Source: an uncultured Bacteroidota bacterium
GTDB taxonomy: Bacteria > Bacteroidota > Bacteroidia > AKYH767-A > OLB10
NCBI GenBank assembly: GCA_903847585.1
Contig: CAINEC010000064.1
Coordinates: 10,225-74,224 of the forward strand
Direction of reading: 5' to 3'
DNA length: 64,000 bases
Of this stretch, positions 39,777-48,351 are shown piece after piece. A model generated the notes under the pieces. That model was not told the origin of the DNA and ran no database searches. It saw nothing but the letters and a program-made list of their open reading frames with translations. The position numbers were made by a program, and so were the translations under genes. Position 1 is the first letter of the stretch; the number at the start of each line of letters is the position of its first letter.

Positions 39777-39843
39777 CAATAAACCCTCCCTCCTCTCGTT
39801 AATGTTACAGATTGCAGAGTACAATTTGTTCTTTATTTTTTAA

Positions 39844-39953
39844 TACATCAAGAATTATAGTTCCGACTATAATACCAACCGAGCGTATCCGCGCCACGGT
39901 GGTAAAGCGATGTGGACGTTCAGTCAAAATAAAACAGGATATCCACTTCGCTT
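39844..39953 (+). promoter_or_regulatory. SAM riboswitch aptamer 2 (SAM-I/IV-type, lacking P4)
   Basis: P1 UACAUC/GAUGUG; J1/2 AAGA; P2 UUAUAGU/ACUAUAA; P3 UACCAACC/GGUGGUA; P5 GAC-GUUCA-GUC; L3 GUAUCC complementary to tail GGAUAU (pseudoknot). Confidence 0.85.
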
Positions 39954-40004
39954 CTTTTTGATGTATGTATTGAGTTAGAAATTAAACTTTAATTCCATCA
40001 TACT

Positions 40005-41423
40005 ATGAAACAATTCGATTATTCGTTTACGAGCGAATCGGTGTCGGCAGGACACCCAGACAAAGTGGCTGATCAAATTTCAGACGCTATTCTTGATGCT
40101 TACTTAGCACAAGACCCGCATGCTAAAGTAGCCTGCGAATGTTTAATTACAACCAATCATTTAACGATTGCTGGTGAGGTGACTTCTACCGCTATTGTAG
40201 ATCCTATTGCGATTGCAAAAGAAGTATTGGAGCGCATCGGTTATAATGATTCAGCATCAGGTTTTAATTGGAAAACTGCATTCTATCAAAATTTATTACA
40301 TCAACAAAGTCGTGAAATTAACGATAGCGTTGCCGATGGAGGTGCAGGTGATCAAGGATTAATGTTTGGCTATGCAACATCCGAAGGCCCGAACTTTATG
40401 CCTTTACCTATCTGGCTTGCTCATCAGCTAATGCGCAAACATCAGGAACTTCGCGATAGTGGTAAATATCCATTCTTACTTCCTGATGCTAAATCGCAAG
40501 TCACAGTTGATTACAATATCAATACACCAGTAGGTATTAGCAAAGTTGTTTTATCCGCACAACATACTCCTGATATCAAGCAAGAAGACTTACGCAAGTT
40601 TATCATCGCTGAAATCATTGAACCTGTAATTGCAAATTATAAAGGTGAATCCGAGACTGAATATTTAATCAATCCTTCTGGAAGTTTTACTATTGGTGGC
40701 CCGCATGGTGATACTGGTTTAACAGGAAGAAAAATTATTGTGGATACTTATGGAGGTAAATGTCCACATGGAGGTGGTGCCTTCTCTGGTAAAGACCCAA
40801 GCAAAGTAGATCGTTCTGCTGCATATATGGCACGCTACATAGCAAAAACGTTAGTAGCCAACGGATATGCGAAAGAATGTACAATTCAACTAGCCTATGC
40901 TATTGGACATGACCAACCGCTTTCGGTTCACGTTAATACACATGGAACAGGTAACCAACATCCAGATACGCGGTTAGCCCTTGCCGTTAGAGCAGTATTT
41001 GATTTGAATCCGAACGGAATTATCAAAGAACTCGGACTAAAACAACCTATCTATAGTCAAACTGCTATCAATGGACATTTCGGAAATTTAGATTTCCCAT
41101 GGGAGAAAGTATCGTCTGAAAAAGCAAATCGCCTACGTGAATATTTTGAAACTGGCTACGGAACAGAGTTGCGAAATAAGGAATGGAAAAAACTTTTGGC
41201 CGCATCTAGCTTAGATAAACTAATTGAAAATTTTAATCGCGAAGTAAGAGTTCCTGCATCCAGCAGCGCACGATTTGAATATATCATTTTACTGGTTGAT
41301 GAAATCAAAAACAGAGACATTGATATTTCATGTATTACAGGCGAAAACAATTCGATTCGTTTAAGTAAGAAAGTAAAAATTGTAAATAACACCTTAGTAT
41401 ATTCAGAAGAAAATAATTTGTAA
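40005..41423 (+). CDS. metK: S-adenosylmethionine synthetase with ~90-aa C-terminal extension
   Basis: FTSESV..GHPDK, GAGDQGLMFG, PD.KSQV, GDTGLTGRKII.DTYGG, GGGAFSGKDPSKVDRSAAY and FPWEK motifs, followed by extra sequence. Confidence 0.96.
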   Translation: MKQFDYSFTSESVSAGHPDKVADQISDAILDAYLAQDPHAKVACECLITTNHLTIAGEVTSTAIVDPIAIAKEVLERIGYNDSASGFNWKTAFYQNLLHQQSREINDSVADGGAGDQGLMFGYATSEGPNFMPLPIWLAHQLMRKHQELRDSGKYPFLLPDAKSQVTVDYNINTPVGISKVVLSAQHTPDIKQEDLRKFIIAEIIEPVIANYKGESETEYLINPSGSFTIGGPHGDTGLTGRKIIVDTYGGKCPHGGGAFSGKDPSKVDRSAAYMARYIAKTLVANGYAKECTIQLAYAIGHDQPLSVHVNTHGTGNQHPDTRLALAVRAVFDLNPNGIIKELGLKQPIYSQTAINGHFGNLDFPWEKVSSEKANRLREYFETGYGTELRNKEWKKLLAASSLDKLIENFNREVRVPASSSARFEYIILLVDEIKNRDIDISCITGENNSIRLSKKVKIVNNTLVYSEENNL

Positions 41424-41455
41424 TTAATGTCAATCCTTAAAAATAAAAATTAAAA

Positions 41456-41791
41456 ATGAGAACGGATAAAATCATAAAAGAAGCAAGTGACAAAAAGCTT
41501 CTTGACTTGCTAAATTGCCTCTTAACTCGTGACAACGATTTCAAAAATCCTCGATTAATTCTCACAAAAGTCGTCTACGAACTTGCTCTAAGAAAATACA
41601 ATCTCAAAAATTTATTTACTGATGATCAGGAAGTAAAACGAGGTAAATTCTTTAAAGCAAAGCAAAACACTTTAATAGAAGATCCTAAAAGAGTAATTAC
41701 CACACAGGATATTGGAAGAAGTTTTTTGATGGCGCTCGAGTTAAAAGGTCCAACTAATGACAGACTGGGGAAATCATTTAGTCGTAATTAA
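41456..41791 (+). CDS. Hypothetical protein similar to the MetK C-terminal extension
   Basis: 111-aa ORF 32 nt after the metK stop, preceded by an A-rich leader; aligns by eye to the extension. Confidence 0.75.
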   Translation: MRTDKIIKEASDKKLLDLLNCLLTRDNDFKNPRLILTKVVYELALRKYNLKNLFTDDQEVKRGKFFKAKQNTLIEDPKRVITTQDIGRSFLMALELKGPTNDRLGKSFSRN

Positions 41792-41836
41792 TACTATTTC
41801 TATAAAACATTCTTCACCCTAAAAAAATCTTAGAAC

Positions 41837-42283
41837 ATGAAAAAATCAATCATTCTGTTGCTAACCATTCTGGGAATAGTTACAACAAGCAAAGCACAGT
41901 ATTACGAACTATCAACTCATGCTGTGGGCGATACAGTGGAGATAGTGGATTCAACAACAGTGCAAGTGCTGAATATGACTATTGGAGACATGAATATTGA
42001 AAGCGCTAAGTCGTGCAAGGTAATTAATGTGTTTCGACTACAAGAATATGCCGATGACGACACTAAACTAATTCCATCATTCATTGGAACCAAGATTCAT
42101 TTTCAAGCTACAGATGATCAATGGAATTATTTAGACCTGAATATTTATGTCGACTTACAAGCCAACTTCCATGCAAGAGGAATTTTTAATGGGAGGACCT
42201 TTACGAGATATCTAGATAATGGAAATTTATATTATGACGATAATGATGAAATGGTTCCAAATTTTGATTGGGAAATTTACTGA
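41837..42283 (+). CDS. Secreted acidic hypothetical protein
   Basis: Signal peptide MKKSIILLLTILGIVTTSKA; Asp/Tyr-rich mature region. Confidence 0.8.
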   Translation: MKKSIILLLTILGIVTTSKAQYYELSTHAVGDTVEIVDSTTVQVLNMTIGDMNIESAKSCKVINVFRLQEYADDDTKLIPSFIGTKIHFQATDDQWNYLDLNIYVDLQANFHARGIFNGRTFTRYLDNGNLYYDDNDEMVPNFDWEIY

Positions 42284-42299
42284 TTGCCTGGCATTTTTA

Positions 42300-42332
42300 G
42301 GAGGAGGAGTGGTGGTGCCGCTCCTCCTTTTG
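42300..42332 (+). terminator. Intrinsic terminator closing the metK cluster
   Basis: AGGAGGAGTGG-tggtg-CCGCTCCTCCT followed by TTT. Confidence 0.8.
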
Positions 42333-42468
42333 ATTGAGTATAAGGTTGTATATAATCTTAGTAGGAAATAATCGTTTATTTATTTTTAAGATGTACTTAA
42401 ATAATAAATTCTTGTTAGCTATTCCCTATTCAACAATTACAGAAGTATTAATTTAATACCTTAGCACC

Positions 42469-43149
42469 ATGTTAAAAAAGGTCTTACGAATAGTTGGAAT
42501 ATTTGCAGCTGCATTTTTTTTGTTGAGCATTGGGACAACTATCATCTATCGTTGGATAAACCCTCCAGTTACCTTACTCATGATTTCGCGATACTTCGAT
42601 CCAGAGATTGGTAAATTAGAAAAAGAATGGAAATCGCTGGATGAAATTTCCCCGAAGCTTCCACTTGCTGTTGTTACTTCCGAAGATCAAAAGTTTGAAG
42701 ATCATTTTGGATTCGATTTAGAGGCCATCGAAAAAGCGGCCGACTATAACGCTACGCATAAGGGTAAACCTGTTAAGGGCGCATCTACTATTAGTCAGCA
42801 GACCGCCAAAAATGTTTTCTTGTGGCAATCGCGAAGCTGGTTTAGAAAAGGATTGGAAGTGTACTTTACTTTTCTAATTGAAATTTTTTGGAGTAAAGAA
42901 CGAATCATGGAAGTGTACTTAAACGTGATTGAAATGGGTCCTGGTATTTATGGAGCAGAAGCAGCATCTCAATATTATTTTCACAAGCCTGCGATTAAAT
43001 TATCGAAAGGAGAAGCAGCACTCATCGCAGCAATACTTCCGAATCCACTTAAATGGTCAGCATCGAAACCGACTCCATACATCCGAAGAAAAAAAGTATG
43101 GATCATGACGCACATGAAGTACATCGAGCTAAAAGAAATCAATAATTAA
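42469..43149 (+). CDS. mtgA: Monofunctional peptidoglycan transglycosylase
   Basis: SEDQKF..HFGFD, GASTISQQTAKN, RKGLE, KERI.EVYLN and GAEAAS.YYF motifs. Confidence 0.96.
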   Translation: MLKKVLRIVGIFAAAFFLLSIGTTIIYRWINPPVTLLMISRYFDPEIGKLEKEWKSLDEISPKLPLAVVTSEDQKFEDHFGFDLEAIEKAADYNATHKGKPVKGASTISQQTAKNVFLWQSRSWFRKGLEVYFTFLIEIFWSKERIMEVYLNVIEMGPGIYGAEAASQYYFHKPAIKLSKGEAALIAAILPNPLKWSASKPTPYIRRKKVWIMTHMKYIELKEINN

Positions 43150-43673
43150 AATCCGAGATTTACTCCTGCTCGGATAATAGGATTTTCATAGTAAGAATAC
43201 TGACTAGGAGAGAAATTCCACAACCCCATAATAACAAAACTAGATCGGTCGCTGATAGGAGTAACATAGCCGCCGCCTAATAATAATGATTCAATATTTG
43301 TACGAATCAGTTTTGTTTGAAGTAAGTTGGGCACTTCCGCATTAATCACTTCATATTCTCCATACAATATAGCCTTGGGATGGACTCTGTATTGCGCGAA
43401 TATTCTTCCGCCATACGTATTCGTCTCATAATAATAACCAGGGTAGCGCTTATCATTTAAGTAACTATACGAAGGTCCAAAGCCAGCACCAAACTCCTCT
43501 GTAATTTTGTAACCTATCGTTGGTGCTAAATAAATATACGTCACCGTTCCGAAGTTTAACCCCACATTTCCGCCGTAAAACAATCGATCTTTAAACGGTG
43601 GTTTGGCCGCTTCTTGCTGTGCATAAGAAGCCATCGAAAACAAACATATCGCAAGTAATATTCTGAATTTCAT
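43146..43673 (-). CDS. Hypothetical outer-membrane beta-barrel-like protein
   Basis: Signal peptide from MKFRILL; alternating Gly/aromatic strands; terminal Phe. Confidence 0.7.
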   Translation of the reverse strand: MKFRILLAICLFSMASYAQQEAAKPPFKDRLFYGGNVGLNFGTVTYIYLAPTIGYKITEEFGAGFGPSYSYLNDKRYPGYYYETNTYGGRIFAQYRVHPKAILYGEYEVINAEVPNLLQTKLIRTNIESLLLGGGYVTPISDRSSFVIMGLWNFSPSQYSYYENPIIRAGVNLGF

Positions 43674-43730
43674 AAAATAATTGTTCAATCAAAGATATCG
43701 AATTAAATAGATTGTTTACTTTGCATCATC

Positions 43731-44432
43731 ATGGAAATTAAAACCATTCTTATTACAGGGGCTTCATCAGGTGTAGGCTATCAAACAGCCTTGCAACTTT
43801 CGCAACAAGGCCATCAGGTAATTGCACTTGCCAGAAACACCGATTTACTCGAAAAATTAAAGGCAGCATCAGCAGGAAAAATCATTGTTTGCTCGCATGA
43901 TTTAGCCACTTTAATTTTTGATGCAGTACTCAACACTTTAAAGAATAACAACATCGATCATATTGATGTTTTAATCAATAATGCAGGACAGTTAGTGAAT
44001 AATAATTTTGAAAAAATCACTTCATCAGAATTAATTGGGGCTTATAACACAAACGTATTTGCGCCTTATTTACTCATACAGGCATTATTACCCGCACTGA
44101 AAAAATCAACGTATCCGCATATCATCAATATCAGTTCGGTTGGCGGAATTCAAGGCAGTGTAAAGTTTGCAGGACTATCTGCTTACTCTTCTTCCAAAGG
44201 AGCATTAACCATTCTAACGGAATGCCTAGCCGAAGAATTTAAAGATCAAAATATAAAAGTCAATTGCTTAGCATTAGGCGCTGTAAATACTGAAATGTTA
44301 TCGAAAGCATTTCCCGGCTATAACGCACCACTAAGCGCAGCCGAAATGGGCAACTATGTAACGTGGTTTGCTGAAAACGGACATCAATACTTTAACGGAA
44401 AAATAATTCCAGTAGCATTAAGCACCCCTTAA
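43731..44432 (+). CDS. SDR-family oxidoreductase
   Basis: TGASSGVG, NNAG, YSSSKGA (YxxxK) motifs. Confidence 0.93.
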   Translation: MEIKTILITGASSGVGYQTALQLSQQGHQVIALARNTDLLEKLKAASAGKIIVCSHDLATLIFDAVLNTLKNNNIDHIDVLINNAGQLVNNNFEKITSSELIGAYNTNVFAPYLLIQALLPALKKSTYPHIINISSVGGIQGSVKFAGLSAYSSSKGALTILTECLAEEFKDQNIKVNCLALGAVNTEMLSKAFPGYNAPLSAAEMGNYVTWFAENGHQYFNGKIIPVALSTP

Positions 44433-44433
44433 A

Positions 44434-45165
44434 ATGATTAAACTTCTAAAAGCACTCTACGCTGTATATTGCTTACTAGCATTTGCAGCTTCCTTTATCA
44501 TTGTTATTCCTTGCTACTTTATTGTTTTTAATTTATTCTCGAAAAAGAAAGCGCCATTCATTGCCCATAAGGTTTCTAAGTTCTGGGCGCATTTATTATT
44601 CGTTTTGTTTTTAGTAAGATGTAAAATTGAAAACAAAGAATACATTGATCCTGATAAGCAATATGTTTTTGTCGCGAATCATTTATCAATGTTAGACATC
44701 CCTGCATACGCTGCTGCGTGTAGTAATAGTTTTCGTTTTTTATCGAAGGCAGAGTTGGCAAAAATTCCATTGTTAGGTTACGTTATCAAAAATTTATACA
44801 TCACAGTTAACCGTACCGATCGTTCCGATAGAAGTAAAAGTATCGAACGCATGAAAGAAACAATTGATGAGGGCTTGTCTGTTTTCTTAGCTCCCGAAGG
44901 AACAAGAAATAAAACAGAAGCTCCGCTACTTGAATTCAAAGATGGCGCTTTCCGATTAGCTATTTATGCGCAAGTACCAATTGCTGTTTTAACGCTTAAA
45001 AATCCGCATCACCTACACTCACCTAAACGTATGTTAAGTATGCGCCCTGGTGTATTGCATGGAACGTGGAGTAAACCCATCGAGACAAAAGGAATGACAG
45101 AAGCCGATGTTCCTCGTTTAAAAGAGATGGTGCGACAACAAATGTTGGAGTATCTGCAATCGTAA
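44434..45165 (+). CDS. 1-acyl-sn-glycerol-3-phosphate acyltransferase (PlsC family)
   Basis: NHLSMLD (HX4D), PEGTRN and FKDGAF motifs. Confidence 0.92.
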   Translation: MIKLLKALYAVYCLLAFAASFIIVIPCYFIVFNLFSKKKAPFIAHKVSKFWAHLLFVLFLVRCKIENKEYIDPDKQYVFVANHLSMLDIPAYAAACSNSFRFLSKAELAKIPLLGYVIKNLYITVNRTDRSDRSKSIERMKETIDEGLSVFLAPEGTRNKTEAPLLEFKDGAFRLAIYAQVPIAVLTLKNPHHLHSPKRMLSMRPGVLHGTWSKPIETKGMTEADVPRLKEMVRQQMLEYLQS

Positions 45166-45242
45166 ATAGCAAAGGCCTTGCACTAACGAGATTATTAATG
45201 CAAAGCCTTTGGAAGTAAATCATTTTTCATTGTTAACTTTTG

Positions 45243-45635
45243 TTAGCCTCCTTTATTCTTTATTGGTTTAACATCAGCTTTCGCTTTTATTAGATCGGGA
45301 TTTACATATTTATCATCGACAATGTCGTAAATAGTATATCCGTTTAGCACCTCTGATTTCATTTTCTGATTGAGGTAAGAGATGACCACCTTTATTATGG
45401 CGGGATCGAGAATTTTGTCTGTATCATATTTAATTAATAAGCAACTTGACGATTGATGATAACCACTAAGATGAACTCCATCTAAGCAACGCATCCAACG
45501 ATTTATTTTATAGACCGTCCATTCATTTAAAACAGGCGTCTTAATAACTAACTCTTTCCATCCGCTCACATTCTGAGCTGATGAATACAAACTCATCGCA
45601 ACAAAGAAGGAAAGAAGTATCGTTCGTTTAATCAT
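45243..45635 (-). CDS. Small secreted hypothetical protein, paralog-like to 31894-32262
   Basis: Signal peptide ending SAQ; LVI.TP...LDGV.L..Y pattern. Confidence 0.7.
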   Translation of the reverse strand: MIKRTILLSFFVAMSLYSSAQNVSGWKELVIKTPVLNEWTVYKINRWMRCLDGVHLSGYHQSSSCLLIKYDTDKILDPAIIKVVISYLNQKMKSEVLNGYTIYDIVDDKYVNPDLIKAKADVKPIKNKGG

Positions 45636-45763
45636 AGAAGCAAGTTAAGCCGTAAAAAAGGACAGCGTAAAAAATTTGTTTGAAAACCTTACAAGCATCT
45701 TACAAACAAAAATCAGCTTGGTATTAACTCAAAGCGATTATATTTGACATAGATTATACTTTT

Positions 45764-47665
45764 ATGAATACAAGAATCGATTCGATGGAAGCCTATCATG
45801 AGGCTTATGAAAAAAGCGTTCGTCAACCTGAGAAATTCTGGGCAGATATTGCCAATGAATTTACCTGGAAAACTCGCTGGAATAATGTACTTAACTGGGA
45901 CTTTAAATCGTTTGATGTAAAATGGTTTGAAGGAGCAACTTTAAATATTACAGAAAACTGCCTCGACCGTCACCTAGAAAAAAATGGAGATACACCAGCC
46001 ATTATCTGGGAGCCCAACGACCCTAACGGTAAAGGATGTACGCTCACGTATAAAGAACTTCATCAAGAGGTTTGTAAAGCCTCTAATATGTTAAAACGCT
46101 TAGGGGTAAAAAAAGGTGATCGTGTTTGTATTTACATGCCTATGGTGCCAGAAGCAGCTGTTGCGATGTTGGCCTGTGCAAGATTGGGCGCGATTCATTC
46201 CATTGTATTCGCAGGATTCTCTGCGCAAAGTTTAGCCGATCGTATTAATGATGCAACTTGTAAATTAGTCATTACAGCTGATGGCGTTTACAGAGGAGCG
46301 AAAGCCTTGAACTTAAAAGAAATAGTTGATGAGGCGTTAACGTCTACGACATCCGTAGAAAAAGTAATTGTATTAAAACATTTATCCTCTTCTATTTTTA
46401 TGCATTCAGAAAGAGATATTTATTGGCAAGATGCTATTTCAGGCTGCAGCGATGTTTGTGAAGCAGAACCGATGGATGCAGAGGATATGTTATTCATTTT
46501 ATACACCTCAGGCTCTACGGGTAAACCAAAGGGTGTTGTTCATACCACAGCAGGTTATATGGTATGGGCTGGCTATACATTCAACAATGTATTTCAGTAT
46601 AACGCAGGAGATATTTACTGGTGTACTGCCGACATTGGTTGGGTAACTGGACATTCGTATATTGTATATGGTCCGTTATTGAATGGGGCTACTACATTAA
46701 TGTTTGAAGGAATACCTACCTACCCTGATGCAGGTCGTTTTTGGAATGTGATTGATAAACACCAAGTGAATATTTTTTATACTGCTCCGACTGCAATCCG
46801 TTCGTTAATGGCACAAGGCGATGAATTCGTTAAGCCCTATGCGTTAGATAGCTTAAAAACATTAGGCTCCGTTGGAGAACCTATCAACGAGGAAGCATGG
46901 AACTGGTATCATGAAAAAATTGGTAAAGGTCGTTGCGGAATTGTTGATACCTGGTGGCAAACAGAAACAGGCGGTGTAATGATTTCTCCGCTGGCGAATA
47001 TTACTCCTACTAAACCGACCTATGCTACCTTACCACTTCCGGGAGTTCAACCTGTGCTGGTAGATGCCGAAGGAAAAATAATTGAAGGAAATAATGTGGA
47101 AGGGAACTTATGCATCCAATTTCCATGGCCAGGTATGTTAAGAACCACTTATGGAGATCATGAACGATGCAGAACAACTTATTTTAGCACTTACGATAAT
47201 TTATACTTTACTGGTGATGGTTGTAAACGCGACCACGATGGTTATTACCGAATAATTGGAAGAGTTGATGATGTAATCAATGTAAGTGGCCACCGATTAG
47301 GAACAGCAGAAGTTGAGAATGCCATTAACGAACATATTCACGTGATTGAATCGGCTGTGATTGGTTACCCACATGAAATTAAAGGACAGGGTATATACGC
47401 ATACGTTATATGCGATCAATTACCAGCTGATGAACACAAGACCCGCAAAGAAATATTAGACGTAGTAAGCAAAGTAATTGGTCCAATTGCTAAGCCCGAC
47501 AAAATTCAATTTGTAACGGGATTACCTAAAACACGCTCAGGTAAAATCATGCGAAGAATTTTAAGAAAAGTAGCAGAGAACGATATAAGCAATTTAGGCG
47601 ACACGAGTACTTTGTTAGACCCAAGTGTGGTAGATGCGATTATTGAGGGAGCGAAAAATATTTAG
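45764..47665 (+). CDS. acs: Acetate--CoA ligase
   Basis: YTSGSTGKPKGV, DTWWQTETG, GRVDDV and PKTRSGKIMRR motifs. Confidence 0.97.
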   Translation: MNTRIDSMEAYHEAYEKSVRQPEKFWADIANEFTWKTRWNNVLNWDFKSFDVKWFEGATLNITENCLDRHLEKNGDTPAIIWEPNDPNGKGCTLTYKELHQEVCKASNMLKRLGVKKGDRVCIYMPMVPEAAVAMLACARLGAIHSIVFAGFSAQSLADRINDATCKLVITADGVYRGAKALNLKEIVDEALTSTTSVEKVIVLKHLSSSIFMHSERDIYWQDAISGCSDVCEAEPMDAEDMLFILYTSGSTGKPKGVVHTTAGYMVWAGYTFNNVFQYNAGDIYWCTADIGWVTGHSYIVYGPLLNGATTLMFEGIPTYPDAGRFWNVIDKHQVNIFYTAPTAIRSLMAQGDEFVKPYALDSLKTLGSVGEPINEEAWNWYHEKIGKGRCGIVDTWWQTETGGVMISPLANITPTKPTYATLPLPGVQPVLVDAEGKIIEGNNVEGNLCIQFPWPGMLRTTYGDHERCRTTYFSTYDNLYFTGDGCKRDHDGYYRIIGRVDDVINVSGHRLGTAEVENAINEHIHVIESAVIGYPHEIKGQGIYAYVICDQLPADEHKTRKEILDVVSKVIGPIAKPDKIQFVTGLPKTRSGKIMRRILRKVAENDISNLGDTSTLLDPSVVDAIIEGAKNI

Positions 47666-47692
47666 TTTACTAAATGATTTGTTGCAAAGACC

Positions 47693-48127
47693 TCAATTGA
47701 CTTTTTTCGTTGTCTGCCAAGCAGCTAATTGCCATTGTCGTTTACGTTTAATGTACACAGCGGTAAATCTTCCATCTAACTTGTAGGGAGTATCATAATA
47801 GCGTCCTTGCATATGCACTAATCCAGCTGCAATGACTGTTTTTTTATTCAGAAAAACGTATTGCGTACTATCCGTAACAAAAGATTCAAACTTATACTTT
47901 CCACTTTTCAGCGCAAGTAAATAGGCCTGCTTATCTTCAAAGTTTAAATTCGAATGTGTGTATAAAAGATTGTTAGATATTAATTGAGTCGTTTTTGAAA
48001 TATCACCGTCAACTAATGCTTGATACCTTCCACTTTCAAAAGCTTTTATTGCAGTGAGATCTGATTGGGCAAAGGCATTATTTGCGGCGAGTAATAATGT
48101 AAACAACACAATTATTTTTGATTTCAT
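47693..48127 (-). CDS. Secreted NTF2-like (DUF4440) protein
   Basis: Signal peptide from MKSKII; L.YTHSN and FTAVY.K....WQL.AWQ motifs. Confidence 0.8.
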   Translation of the reverse strand: MKSKIIVLFTLLLAANNAFAQSDLTAIKAFESGRYQALVDGDISKTTQLISNNLLYTHSNLNFEDKQAYLLALKSGKYKFESFVTDSTQYVFLNKKTVIAAGLVHMQGRYYDTPYKLDGRFTAVYIKRKRQWQLAAWQTTKKVN

Positions 48128-48351
48128 AGAAAGGAAATAAAATTTTATTGAATTTAAATTTAGAAAGTGAATTAACCCACTGCGGATAATCTCCAAAATT
48201 ACAATACTTTCTACAAAGAGGAACGAAAAAATCAAACTCCATTTTATGGGGCTAAAGCCCCTCCCCCCCCCATTTCAAATTTATTCCTTAAATTTATTGC
48301 TGCCAAATAATAAGCATTTACAAACGTTTAATTACTAACACATCGACTCCT

